A stretch of DNA of 64,000 nucleotides, from the NCBI RefSeq assembly GCF_006345805.1, contig NC_043007.1, positions 14,818,001 to 14,882,000 on the forward strand, written 5' to 3'. Positions 50,154 to 63,680 of the stretch are shown here, piece after piece. The translations under genes and the position numbers were made by a program. Every line of letters begins with the position of its first letter. Positions within the stretch are counted from its first letter, which is position 1. The notes beneath the pieces were generated by a model, which saw nothing but the letters and a program-made list of their open reading frames with translations, was not told where the DNA came from and did no database searches. The stretch comes from Octopus sinensis. Lineage: Eukaryota.

Positions 50154-51448
50154 CAAATATACACTTTGTGTAATAAAGCTACCATTGGTTTCATGTTAAA
50201 AAAGCCCCCAACAATTACTAAACCTATTGCATGGAACATTGTGTTTGTCTCAATTTGGGATTAAAACATGTGACTTTTATTGTGATTTTATGCTACTTTC
50301 ATTGTTTCAATCCAAAATGGAGGCAAACACTGATGCTCCATGCAATAAGGCTTGATAATTGTGGAGGGATTCTTTCACATGAAACTAATGGTAGCCTTAA
50401 TACACAAATAAAAAAAACCGTTTTATCCACCAATGTGGTGTTAAGCACTCATTCTCATTGTTCAATATCTATATCTACCTATCTATATCATCATCATCAT
50501 CGTTTAACGTCCGTTTTCCGTGCTAGCACGGGTTGGACGGTTTGACTGGGGTCTGGGAAGCCGGGGACAGCACCAGGCTCCAGTCTGATCTGGCAGAGTT
50601 TCTACAGCTGGATGCCCTTCCTAATGCCAACCATATATATATATTAGTAGTAGAAAAAAAATGCTATTATGATATTGAAATAAGAATAGTCAGGACTTGA
50701 ACCAACAAAACAGAAATAGAGAAATATAGAAAAAAAAACAACCCAAAACAAAAACAATAAAAGAAAAAACCCACACATACACACACAGAGAAAAAAAGAA
50801 AAAGAGAATAAGACATATTAGGAGTCCATGGGAGAAAAGGATTTTATTTTCTGAAATAATAAATATAACGAAAACAAACTTCATTTTTGTACGATGTCCC
50901 AAACTGTAGCAGTCTTCAAAACTAATACTAATCAATATAATTAAATGTTTTAAATAAATTTTAATTATCCAAGGTTATCTTTTCATCATCATTATAATAA
51001 TAATCATAATAATCATAATAATAATACCACAAATGTATGAAGCGATGTTAAAAAAAAAAAAAATGAGACTGGTGGAAAACAAGTTTAAATTCCTTCCAAT
51101 TCCCAAACTGCAGTTGGGTGTTGGTGGTAGGTGAAACCTTTTATGTTACAGCAGACTTTGGTAAGATCTATTTTCAGAAAGTGAATGTCCCGATGAATAT
51201 TTTGTCCTCATGAAATAAATGGCAGATTTATTTTCAGACTTCATAAACAGAACAAACAAAATTTTAGAGAAAAGTCCACAATCAATGGAAGAAGGAAGTT
51301 TGAGAGAGACAAAAGCAACAATGCACAAATAAAGCACCTAGACACAATATGTATATATATATATATATATATACATACATATATATATATACATATACAT
51401 ATATACACATATATATATACATATACATATATACACATATATATATAC

Positions 51449-51498
<50 letters not shown>

Positions 51499-51518
51499 AT
51501 ACATATACATATATATAC

Positions 51519-51574
<56 letters not shown>

Positions 51575-52162
51575 GTAAAATTAATGTTAAATCTTTTAAT
51601 ATAAATAACAATAAACATTATACTTTTCATGTTTAAAAAATATATAATGTTTAACATTTCATATAACACAAGCACATATATATTTATATATAATGATGAT
51701 TTTCATAGTTTATTTCTGCAGGTCCACCTTGCCAAGTTTTACAAATGTTTGCTACAAAATTCTTAAAAATCAGAAGATTGACACATATGTTTGCTCCAGG
51801 GATAATTTAAATTATATAAATATTTTTTTCTGTATTTCTTAGCTGTGGCAAATTTGCGGTCAAAGTAAGGAAATTGGAAAAAAAAACTTTAGTAGTAATT
51901 AAACCACACAACACCACTCCATGCTACCACCTGAGCTACTTTGAGAAGCCAAGAGCTATAGTTTTCTTTATTGAGGTGAACAGAAGAAATGGTGCTATAT
52001 GCTTATTGGTAAGAGTAAAACCATTATGGCTAAGCTATTTCTAGTAGCAAAACTATACTATAAGCTAGTTTATACAAGTCTATAATATTTTCATCTAGTA
52101 TCAAGTGCTGTTTACAACTAAATATATCAGAGAAATGCTTGGTGCTAGAATCAGTTCTATAC

Positions 52163-52692
52163 CAGGGGTTACCAAACTTTTTTCACAGAAAGCCAGATAA
52201 TGAGCATGGGCCATGTAACCATTTTGTTCAATACAATACAATGAATACACAAAAACTTAAGACAACCGACATATTTATTTACCAAAAAGCTATCAAAGAA
52301 GGTGATGTTAGCAATAAGATTGTTTTATCACACCCAGTGTGCAAGTATCTGAATCTCACAAACTGAGCAGCAAAAAAGGTTAGTGAGATTTGAGAAACTG
52401 GTGTTTAGCTTTTAAGATATCATCAATATTTTCTTTGGAATTGCTGCATCCAACCAAGACAATTGCTTTCAAATGTTCATCAGTCAACCTCATTTGATGT
52501 ACTCACTTCACGTACTTCATTTTTGAAAATGTTTGCTCACAGACATAAATTGTTCCAAACACTGATGCCATACCAGAGGTAAATGAACTTTCATTGTAGG
52601 TACTTACACAAAAGGTACGGTGCATTAGCAGGCCAGATGAACTGACCCCACGGGCCAGATCTGGCCCATGAGCTGTAGTTTGGTGACCCCTG
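52163..52692 (-). mobile_element. hAT (Charlie/SPIN-like) deletion derivative
   Basis: TIR caggggt(t/c)accaaact; 8-bp TSD ttctatac; remnant MASVFGTIYVCEQTFSKMKYVK*...RLTDEHLKAI. Confidence 0.92.
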
Positions 52693-53710
52693 TTCTATAC
52701 TATATTCTGATTGTGATTGGCTTTTTTGAAGGGCAGGTAACTGTTAAAAATTTTCAGGAAAATACCTTAAATTTTACTAAACAATATTATTAAAAGAAAT
52801 ATGGCCAGGCAGACCTGTCTAAGTCCTGCAAGCTTTGTAAAATAGATATTAAGTGAAATGATGGCGATGATGACGATGATGATGATGATGATAACGACAA
52901 TGCTGATTATGTACTTGTAATTAGTTCATTCTTGAACATTTGATGGTTTGTAAAGAATTTTGTGACATGAGCAACTTAATAGAAGACAAAATGTTTCAGT
53001 CTCAAGAATCTGATAAATAATTCCATAGATTTTTAAAATTTTATTTTAGTAGAAATAACCTAGCAGTTTAGTACTAGACATTTCTTTAGTTTTTTTTATA
53101 CATCTACTTCATTCCACAGTATGACTAGTTAATATTTTCTCTCTTGTAATAATGCAACATTAAATAAAATTGATCATGAAAATAAATAAAAACAATTCAA
53201 AATTAACACATATACATACTTGAAAATATTCGCAAATAGGCAACGCACCAAGTTTCAAAAAATGAACTGTTTAAATTTTTATACCTAAAAATCATGAAAT
53301 AGCACAATTGAATAATCTTTGTACATTCCACCAGAAATCCACATCCTGGTATGTCTGAGATATCTTAAGAGTATAAATATTAGTTGACTATTTCACGACA
53401 AAGCATGTGCTTCATAGACACTACAAAACATTTAGATTTTGTTTTTATTTTCCTTTCTAAACCATTGATCAAAATATTTTCAAGGAATCGGAATTGGTCA
53501 CAGCTTTAAATCGACAAAGAAGTCGATGCAATGTAAAGAATTTTCTGTACAATCTGTAAAATTTGGTTTCAATCATATACATTGTAATTGGAATAACTTT
53601 TCAATTGAAGATTTTTATAGATGCAGTAAATAATTCTGACAGTCAAGACAATGGCACAGAAGAAACATTCCTTTAAATAGTTGGAGGAGAGAAGGTCACT
53701 AGTTAGTGTA

Positions 53711-53750
<40 letters not shown>

Positions 53751-53759
53751 TAATCCGAA

Positions 53760-54330
53760 CAAGAAAGCACAAAAAAACACAACAACGTGAGGACGTGGAA
53801 CAAATATAGTATTATTGGACGCTCAGGAAAGAAGGAAAGAAGGAGGGTTTAACGTTTCGAGCGGAGCTCTTCATCGGAAACATAGAAGGAAAGATCCAGA
53901 GAAGGTAAGACAGAGGAAAAAAAATCGCCAACGGTACACACAAGGTCACATTTTGATATATATATATATCTGTAAATGTAATATGTGACAATTATTCAGT
54001 AGCCATGATAAAACTCTGAGTTTCGGATGCTGAGGTGGAAATGCACGCTGCCATCTCTTCAGTTATCCGGTCATCAGAAAGAATGCCCTCTTCCATGTTA
54101 TAAAAGAAAGCTTTCCATCTCATGCTCTTAATCAGGTCTGTAATTTTCTCCAAAAGTTTCTTAGAGTATAGTTCCCTTGATGGTATAGGTATGTTTTTCA
54201 TACAATAATCAATGTAATAGGCGTCCATATTGAATTCTTACTAAGGGTAGAGTCCTCAACCGATGTTTGGCGATTTTCCAAAATAAGCTGTATTAGCCCT
54301 TAGGGAAAAATAGCAGTGTACGGGAATAAT
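53760..54330 (-). mobile_element. Penelope-like element fragment: N-terminal ORF piece plus pLTR
   Basis: YCMKNIPIPSRELYSKKLLEKITDLIKSMRWKAFF is typical of the PLE ORF N-terminus; adjacent hammerhead fold. Confidence 0.7.
53847..53881 (-). ncRNA. Minimal hammerhead-like motif with U4C core variant
   Basis: guuu-CCGAUGA-a-gagc/gcuc-GAAA-cgu-u-aaac. Confidence 0.55.
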
Positions 54331-54421
54331 TGTCACATATTACATTTGCAGATAAATTCCCCTATTTACATAATATCGAGGTCTCTTTCTTTCTTTTGTT
54401 GTCTTACCATTTTTATCAATA

Positions 54422-54458
<37 letters not shown>

Positions 54459-55199
54459 AATTACATGTGGCAAGTAAGCGAGTAATAAGATAACTTAAGT
54501 CTTCCTTTCTTTTCTGGTTATAGTATCACAGATTGAAAATAATTTTAATACACGTAAACAACAAAATTTGTTAAAACAAATTATCAAAATAAATTTTAAA
54601 ACACCATTGTATGAAATAGAAGCTTAATCTATTTTGAAATTTAAATTCCAGTTAAGAATCATTCTTCTTCTTTTCCTTTTTCTTCATCTCTTCCCCCTCC
54701 TCCTCCTCCTCCTCTTTTTGTCTTCCCCCATCATAAATCATTATTATTAATTATCATCATAATACAAATCCTCGTTTTAGCAACAGCCTTTTTTTTATAG
54801 ACAGGCAATGCTGTTTCAAAATGAAAAAATATTAGCATATAACTGAAAAAAATGATCACAATAAAATATTCCTGCACAAGGATTGTCAAAAATAAATACA
54901 TTGAAAAAAAAAAAAAAAACTGTAAAATAATATTTATAAAAAAAAAAAATTAAAGCAAAATATCTGAATGCAAAATATAAAAATAAATTGATCATTTTGT
55001 AATTAACATATTGATGCAATAAAAGAATATGAGCTTGGGTTTGTAATTATCAGCCAGTGATATTAGCGATAAACGTCTGGAATGATAATGGCAATGTTCA
55101 TAATTTATGTTGTCGTTGAAATTCTCTCATAAACTTGAGAAAGCAGAAAAAATTTATCTGTTATTTCCAGATGCAGTAGTTCTAACGATATAAAATCTG

Positions 55200-55470
55200 T
55201 CAGTTATTCCAGGAAACAGTTCTAGAAGTACGAATTTGATAATTATTCCTGGAAACAATTCTAGAAGTACGAATTTGATAATTATTCCTGGAAACAATTC
55301 TAGAAGTACGAATTTGATAATTATTCCTAGAAACAATTCTAGAAGTACGAATTTGATAATTATTCCTAGAAACAATTCTAGAAGTACGAATTTGATAATT
55401 ATTCCTAGAAACAATTCTAGAAGTACGAATTTGATAATTATTCCTAGAAACAATTCTAAAGGTACAAATT
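55200..55470. repeat. 39-bp minisatellite, about 6-7 units
   Basis: aattattcct(a/g)gaaacaattctagaagtacgaatttgat repeated. Confidence 0.92.
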
Positions 55471-55858
55471 TGTCGAGTTGTTCCTGGATACCTTCCTCGA
55501 GAAGGAGGCATTAACGTTCTGGAAAGAATCTACAGGAATACATTAACCAGGGTTGCAACTCAGATGTAATAATTCTATGGGTGAACCACATCATTGACAA
55601 AATATGATTACAATTGGTTTGCGCCAGTGAAAGCAGCTTGATTCTGTAAGGGACTTTAAGCATGACATAAAAAGGAAATTGATAGAAAGACATGGTCTAT
55701 GGGCTCAGTAGATTAAATGTGTGTGTGTATATGAGAGAGAGAGAGAGGGAGAGAGATATGATTTTCAGTATATCTTTCAATTGAGAAATTGAAGTTATTT
55801 TTAATGTCTGATGTCAGGTAACCTTTCTCTCCTATCATTTGAAAGATTTTATATACAT

Positions 55859-55901
<43 letters not shown>

Positions 55902-55926
55902 GTATGTATGTGTGTGTGTGTGTATG

Positions 55927-55959
<33 letters not shown>

Positions 55960-56048
55960 GTATGTATGTGTGTGTGTGTGTATGTATATATATATATATA
56001 TATGTATGTATATATATATGTATAGATATATATATGCATATATATATG

Positions 56049-56079
<31 letters not shown>

Positions 56080-56882
56080 ATATATATATATACACACACA
56101 TACATACACAGACACATGTACATATGTAAGAGTATATATATATATATAAATATATATATACATATATATATATATAAATACACACACACTCACACAAACT
56201 CAGGAGAGATGGACCAATACCATCATCATTATTATTATTATTATTATTATTATAATTAATATCATTGTTGTCCCAAACCTACAAAGACATCAACTTACTG
56301 ATTATTTTTTTTTTTTTTACCCATTAAGTGATGCGAATTTTATACACAAATAAACCACACCCATGTGTTGAGTATATTTTTTTCCTTTCAGATTTGTAAC
56401 ATCGAAATACTCTCTCACATACACATGTGCGTGCACACATAGTGTGTGTGTTTGTGTGTGTGCACACACATATCTACATTAATATAGGGCTGTGAGGAGC
56501 TGTATGCAATAACATGATTGTTAAAGAGAGATGAAATGAATACACACAATGATTATATATCTGACATAAGCCGCTTCTGCAAATGCCTTTCGTGCCGCAT
56601 ATAGCCTTCTTCTTCTTATTGTCTCCAATCGGTAGCAGTGCTAATGAGTACCCAGAGTTCAAAGGTCGAGGTCAGTGGGACAGAGATAAGCGGGGAAAGG
56701 GAAGAAGCCAGGGATCTGTGCGAAGACTGTCGCAAACAAGACAGATTTACATTCTGTGGTTTTTGAACAATTATTAATCGCACGCATACACAAATACACA
56801 CACAAATATTTACATGTTATTCTGTGTCTGTGATTATTTGCATGTATGTATGTAAGTGTTGTGTGTGTTTGTATGTATGTGA

Positions 56883-56914
<32 letters not shown>

Positions 56915-57342
56915 GTAGTAGTAACAGAAAAGAGGAATTTCAGTTATCCCCACGTGGTGAGTTGTAATGTATATAAGAAATTAAAAAAGGAAAATACGCA
57001 CACTTACATACTTTTAATATAATTTTTAATATATCGACCGGTTTTGCTATCGCTATTCATGATATTAGTAAAACATAATATCATGAATAGCAATAGCGAA
57101 ACCGGTCGATATATTAAAAATTATATTAAAACTATGTGAGTGTGTGTATTTTCCTTTTTTAATTTCTTATATATATATATATATGAAAATGTGTGTACAT
57201 GATTGTATATGTATATGTGTAATTGTGAGTACATGATTGTGTGTGTATGTGTAATTATGTGTACATGATTGTTTATATATATATATGTGCGTGTGTAATT
57301 GTGTACAACTGTTTTTATATATATATACACACACACCCAAAT

Positions 57343-57376
<34 letters not shown>

Positions 57377-57699
57377 CTTTTATATTTGTTTATGGGGAAA
57401 TGTTTTGAATATGCAAATAAAGCACCCAATCCATTATGCCGGCCACCGTCTAATGATGCTGACTAGTGAACCAGTTTTTTGGGGTTGCATCGAGCTCGAG
57501 GATTATTGTTATTATTATTATTCATGTATATATATATATGTGTTGGTAAAGACAAACAGTAACAGGGGTGGGTGGGAGTAAATGAATAGAGTATCAGGAA
57601 ATGGGAATTTGTGGGGTGTATGTGTGTATGTGTTGTGGTTTAACTCCAGGTCAACCCCTATCAAGCAGAACCTATGAGCAAAGAGACATTCCAGCAAAC

Positions 57700-58292
57700 C
57701 CATCTTTCTGTATCTCCGACTACATAACCATAATCCAATGTGTCCTTCCTGTTTTTAAAAAGAAGGTAGAAATTTAGCTGTTATTTCTAGCAGGTCAAGG
57801 ATCTTCCTGTATCTCAATGATTATGTAACATAATCCAATGTGTCCTTCCTGTCTTTAAAAAGGTAGAGATTTGGCTGTTATTTCTAGCAGGGCAAGGATC
57901 TTCCTGTATCTCAATGATTACGTAACATAATCCAATGTGTCCTTCCTGTTTTTAAAAAGGTAGAGATTTGGCTGTTATTTCTAGTAGGTCAAGGATCTTC
58001 CTGTATCTCAATGATTACGTAACATAATCCAATGTGTCCTTCCTGTTTTTAAAAAGGTAGAGATTTGGCTGTTATTTCTAGTAGGTCAAGGATCTTCCTG
58101 TATCTCAATGATTACGTAACATAATCCAATGTGTCCTTCCTGTTTTTAAAAAGAAGGTAAAAATTTGGCTGTTATTTCTAGCAGGTCAAAGATCTTCCTG
58201 TATCTCAACGATTACGTAACATAATCCAATGTGTCCTTCCTGTTTTTAAAAAAGAAGGTAGAAATTTGGCTGTTTATTTCTAGCAGGTCAAG
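57700..58292. repeat. 97-100-bp tandem array, about 6 units
   Basis: cataatccaatg recurs at 57729, 57829, 57926, 58023, 58120 and 58220. Confidence 0.95.
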
Positions 58293-58320
58293 GGTTACTT
58301 ATATACATGTGTGTTTTGTT

Positions 58321-58355
<35 letters not shown>

Positions 58356-58386
58356 GGGCGGCGGCGGTGGTGGTGGTGGTAAGTAA

Positions 58387-58544
58387 TTATACAATTTCCC
58401 AATCATCTTCCATTGTCGATTGGTCCAGCAGGTCAGCAGGTGCAGCAGGCATTGCTGATTGACGTTTGCGATAAATAAACTTCGTGTGATGACGATACAG
58501 CTGCAGTTCTTTACTGATTGCCCACAGCTCGTTAGACGGAGAGG
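58387..58544 (-). CDS. TECPR2: TECPR2 terminal coding exon (ASPSNELWAISKE...MEDDWEIV*)
   Basis: ttacag acceptor in phase 1; ends in a LIR motif equivalent to human EDEWEVI. Confidence 0.93.
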
Positions 58545-58599
58545 CTGTAATGAGAAAGACAAAGTGAGAGAGAATGGTAGAGAATGACAGACCGAGATG

Positions 58600-58670
58600 G
58601 ATAGATGGATGGATAGGCAGATAGATAGACAGACAGATAGATAAACAGACAGACAGACAGACACTCAGAC

Positions 58671-58705
<35 letters not shown>

Positions 58706-58997
58706 TAGACAGACAGACAGATAGACAGATAGATAGATAGACAGATAGACAGATAGATAGACAGATATAGATATAGATAGATAGATAGATGGATAGACAG
58801 ATGGATAGACAGATGGATAGATAGATGGATAGATAGGTAGGTAGATAGATAGATAGATAGATAGACAGACAGATAGATAGACAGATAGATGGATAGACAG
58901 ATAGATGGATAGACAGATAGATAGATAAACAGATAGATAGATAGATGGATAGACAGATAGATAGATAAACAGACAGACAGACAGACACTCAGACAGA

Positions 58998-59029
<32 letters not shown>

Positions 59030-59145
59030 TAGATAGACAGACAGATAGATAGACAGATAGATAGACAGATAGATAGATAGACAGACAGATGGATAGACAG
59101 ATAGATAGACAAATAGATAGATAAACAGATAGATAGATAGACAGA
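58600..59145. repeat. (GATA/GACA)n microsatellite in the last TECPR2 intron
   Basis: Direct reading. Confidence 0.95.
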
Positions 59146-59750
59146 TCATCATCATTTAACATCTACTTTCCATGCTAGCATGGGTTGGACGATTTGACTG
59201 AGGGCTGGCGAACCAGATGGCTGCACCAGGCTTCAATCTTGATCTGGCAGAGTTTCTACAGCTGGATACTCTTCCTAACGCCAACCACTCCGAGAGTGTA
59301 GTGGGTGCTTTTTATGTGCCAGTCAGACGGTACTGCCAATGACCTCGCTCGAATCTTTTTACACATGCCACCGGCACAGGTGCCAGTAAGGCGATGCTGG
59401 CAACGATCACGCTCGGATGGTGCTCTTAGCACCCTACTAGCACGGGGCCCGAGTACCAGTAAGGCGACGCTGGTAACGATTACGCTCGAATGGTGCCTTT
59501 TAAGTGCCACTGGCACACAAGCCGGTTATGCGCTCTGTCAATGATCACACTTGTATGGTGCTCTTTGCACCCTGCTAGCACGGATGCCAGTCATCAAATT
59601 TGATTTTGATTTCACTTGCCTCAACAGGCCTAAAGTTCGATTAGTGCAATATTACAGATATGTGGGGTGGACTCCAGATAGATCATATCTATGACATTTT
59701 AAAGTCAGATGCTACTGAAGGTTAAAGTACTTTAAGGATTCAAAACTTAC

Positions 59751-59900
59751 CTGATAGAAAAGAAAATACACCAGGTATTTTCTTCCAGTAATCTCCACCT
59801 CGGTTAGCAATAGAGACGCCAAGTCTGTGCAATATTTCTCCCTCAGGATTTAGGGCCCAGACAGTTAACTTGCTTATACTTAACTGATTTGCAGGGGTAC
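59751..59900 (-). CDS. TECPR2: TECPR2 exon (TPANQLSISKLTVWALNPEGEILHRLGVSIANRGGDYWKKIPGVFSFLS)
   Basis: ctttag/gtaagt; GDYWKKIPG is shared with TECPR2. Confidence 0.95.
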
Positions 59901-59953
59901 CTAAAGAGAAAGACACAAATTCATGCATTTGATTACGAGACAATCAGTATTAA

Positions 59954-60172
59954 CCCTTTAGTGTTCAGATTATTCTATCAAACATAATGCTTATTGATTC
60001 CCATTGATTTGAATTAATCATGCATTATCTCATACCTTCAAGATCTTGATGGTGTAATTACTTAATGTAGAATAACATTGTAGGGTAGGTGAGAGAGCTT
60101 GGATCTGGTCAGTTTGAGCGTAAAACAGATTAGCTATTTTGGCCGGGTATGGCCGGTTTAAATACTAAAGGG
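59954..60172. mobile_element. piggyBac-like MITE (family 1, inverted copy)
   Basis: Same TIRs and TTAA TSD as 5282-5501. Confidence 0.85.
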
Positions 60173-60812
60173 TTAAGACGTGTGGTTATAATGTCCTGTG
60201 GTCATCGTATAGTGAAAATGGTGCTAAATATTAACTGAAGTTTAATGGTTTCATCTAAAAGTCAGTAAGAGAGCCTCTCAAAATGCAACCAAGGGTTTTA
60301 AAGAATGACTGCAGCATGGCTCCACCGGTATGGGTGCCATTTGCATGGCACTGTTATCTGTCACAGCTGTGATTTTGTTTGGCTTCATGGGTCTTCTTCC
60401 CAAGCATGACATAATGCCAAAGATCTTGGTCATTGCCTCCTTGAGACCCAACGCTCAAAGGAACTCAGCCACCTCACCTACGTGAGGCCCTGCGGTCTCC
60501 CACTCTCTCTCTCACTCTCCTTCTCCTGCACACTCAAACACAATCATGCACACACAATTACTTATACACACACACACATTATATATATATCTACACACAC
60601 ACACACATACACATACATATCTACACATCACACACACACATATCTACACACACAAACACAATCATGCACACACAATTACTTATACACACATGTACATACA
60701 CATATATCTACACACACACACACATATGCAAGTATATACATGTACATATCTATACACATACGTACATCTCAGTTATATAAATTAAACAAACAACAAACAA
60801 ATGTAAACTCAC

Positions 60813-60903
60813 CAGTAATCTGGCACCATTTCGTTCCAATAGACATTTTATCTGAGATACCGTCCCTCATGTACACTTGCTTTCGGTTGTCAATAGCCCA
60901 CAC
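60813..60903 (-). CDS. TECPR2: TECPR2 exon (VWAIDNRKQVYMRDGISDKMSIGTKWCQITG)
   Basis: ttttcag/gtgagt; 91 nt, phase 0 to 1. Confidence 0.92.
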
Positions 60904-61264
60904 CTGAAAAGAAGAAGCACCAACCTCACCCTTAATTACATTGATACAGTTTATTCCAGCCCCCACAACCTTTTTTTTCACCTGTGTCACACTTATATTC
61001 TTCTCAAAATTCAACAACACACCTGGACCAAAAATATAATTAAAAGTAGAGGGAAAAAAATTATATTCAGATTACACTGCAGCACACCTAGCATTGTCTT
61101 GTGGCACACCAGTGTGCCATGACATACTGGTTGCGGCACACTGGTTTATTCTATGCTGTTAGAATTTCTGCATTATAACAATGCTCATTTGAATTCCTTT
61201 ACAACCATTTTGCTAATACTTTCCTGGTTGATGTAATAGTTTATTGTTGAGGGTAAATATTTTG

Positions 61265-61497
61265 AAGGCGGCAAGCTGGCAGAAACGTTAGCACGCTGGG
61301 CGAAATGCTTAGCGGTATTTCGTCTGCCGCTACATTCTGCGTTCAAATTCCACCGAGGTCGACTTTGCCTTTCATCCTTTCGGGGTCGATTAAATAAGTA
61401 CCAGTTACGCACTGGTGTCGATATAATCGACTTAATCTGTTTGTCTGTCCTTGTTTGTCCTCTCTGTGTTTAGCCCCTTGTGGGTAATAAAGAAATA
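61265..61497 (+). mobile_element. SINE family A with 13-bp TSD
   Basis: ggtaaatattttg on both sides. Confidence 0.85.
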
Positions 61498-62930
61498 GGT
61501 AAATATTTTGCTTAACTACACACTAGCAATGCTCAAAGGATTTTTCAAACAATACACACTTATATATGTCGTGGTACTCTGTCGGTTATGACGACGAGGG
61601 TTCCAGTTGATCCAATCAACAGAACAACCTGCTTGTGAAATTAACGTGCAAGTGGCTGAGCACTCCACAGACACATGTACCCTTAACATAGTTCTTGGGG
61701 AGTTTTAGCGTGACACAGAATGTGACAAGGCTGACCCTTTGAAATACAGGTACAACAGAAACAGGAAGAAAGAGTGAGAGAAAGTTGTGGATAAAGAATA
61801 CAGCAGGGTTCGCCACCATCCTCTGCCATAGCCTCGTGGGTGTTTTCACTCAATAAACACTCACAACGCCCGGTCTAGGAATTGAAACCACGATCCTACA
61901 ACCGCGAGTCCGCTGCCTTAAACACTGGGCCATTGCAACTCCACTCACATATATGTATATATATAATAAAAGGTAAAGACCTCTTTGGTCATGAATGACC
62001 ATGGGATGCATCTAGAAAATTCCCCCGAGGCACAAGTCCGGGCAAGGTTGTTTGCGAAAGACCAGCAGCTGCCCTTACATACTAGCCTCCCCTCTAATCA
62101 AAGGTTTGCCTGGTCAGGCCTTATGTGAAGTTAAGCAATAACATCCTCAGACATTTTGTACTCTGTCACACATTTAAACTATGTTTGTCTTTGAATTCCA
62201 CAAGATGGGTCCTTTGTAAGTCCCAAGTTCTCTTTCAGTCTTTCCAGGAGACAGAACATATTTATTTACCAATAAATATGGGTGGGGAGAAGGTATACTC
62301 TTACTCTTTTACTCTTTTACTTGTTTCAGTCATTTGACTGCGGCCATGCTGGAGCACCGCCTTTAGTCGAGCAAATCGACCCCGGGACTTATTCTTTGTA
62401 AGCCCAGTACTTATTCTATCGGTCTCTTTTGCCGAACCGCTAAGTGACGGGGACGTAAACACACCAGCATCGGTTGTCAAGCAATGCTAGGGGGACAAAC
62501 ACAGACACACAAACATATACACACACACTTATATATATATATATACATATATACGACAGGCTTCTTTCAGTTTCCGTCTACCAAATCCACTCACAAGGCA
62601 TTGGTCGGCCCGGGGCTATAGCAGAAGACACTTGCCCAAGATGCCACGCAGTGGGACTGAACCCGGAACCATGTGGTTGGTTAGCAAGCTACTTACCACA
62701 CAGCCACTCTGGCATTTTCCTGACAAGGATTCGTCTGGGTATTCTGCTTATGAAGACAACATATTTCAGCAGTACTTAGGTACCATCCAGTCTGCTTTGG
62801 GAACAATATATGTTTTTATAGGTGTGTGGAAGTATTCAGACACACACACATAAATACAGATTCAAGTACACATACACAAGCACACACACACACAAAACAC
62901 ATGTATAAATAAAGCAACAGATCAACTTAC

Positions 62931-63124
62931 CATCCAGTTCTCAGGTCCGGCTATTACTTGAGTGAAGCATATACCATTGGGCTCTGGGTCCACCTGGAGC
63001 CAGACAGGCGTGAAGACAGTATGAGACGGAGGATGCACTCCAAACTTGTGGTAGACGCTGCCTTTGTTATCCACAGCCCAGATACAGTCACTGCCGCAGG
63101 ACAGATGGGTAAAGAAATTGTTTC
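62931..63124 (-). CDS. TECPR2: TECPR2 exon (NNFFTHLSCGSDCIWAVDNKGSVYHKFGVHPPSHTVFTPVWLQVDPEPNGICFTQVIAGPENWM)
   Basis: cttag/gtaagt on minus strand; phase 1 to 0; tectonin repeat matching the TECPR2 LACGNQHIWACDSRGGVYFRVG...PAW region. Confidence 0.9.
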
Positions 63125-63185
63125 CTAAGAGGAGAGAGAGAAGGGATATACAGATGTGAAAGAAAGGTGAGTTTTCTGGATGCAG

Positions 63186-63219
<34 letters not shown>

Positions 63220-63295
63220 ATCAACAAACCTCCAAGTATGTTATATGTCAGATAAGATTTAAGTCAATTAATCAAAATAAAATTATATAATAAAA

Positions 63296-63680
63296 TTAGC
63301 AGTATCGCCTGGCGTTGCTCGGGTTTGTAAGGGAAATAACTATATAAGCATTTTTAGAGAGTTATAGCCAAAAAATAGCAAAAAAATGGAAAAAAATTAA
63401 GGTAAATTTTTTTTTAAATCGTTGACACATCGTAGATATTTTTAGAGAGTTACTTCCCTTATATAATAGCGAAAAAATGCATTAAAATGGAAAAATATGA
63501 TGGTAAATTTTTTTTAAATCGTAGACTCATCGTAGACGCACGCTAATACCCAGAAGGGCTCGATATGAATCACGACTATAAGATACCCGGTTTTGGTTAC
63601 ACTGCACCGCAAAATGTGGGAGTAGTTAGGAATCTAAATCGTAGGAGACAGACACACAACTTCACTTTTATATATAAAGA
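63296..63680 (-). mobile_element. Same Helitron family, in a TECPR2 intron
   Basis: Reverse complement of the 373-771 family; 3' end CTAA. Confidence 0.85.
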
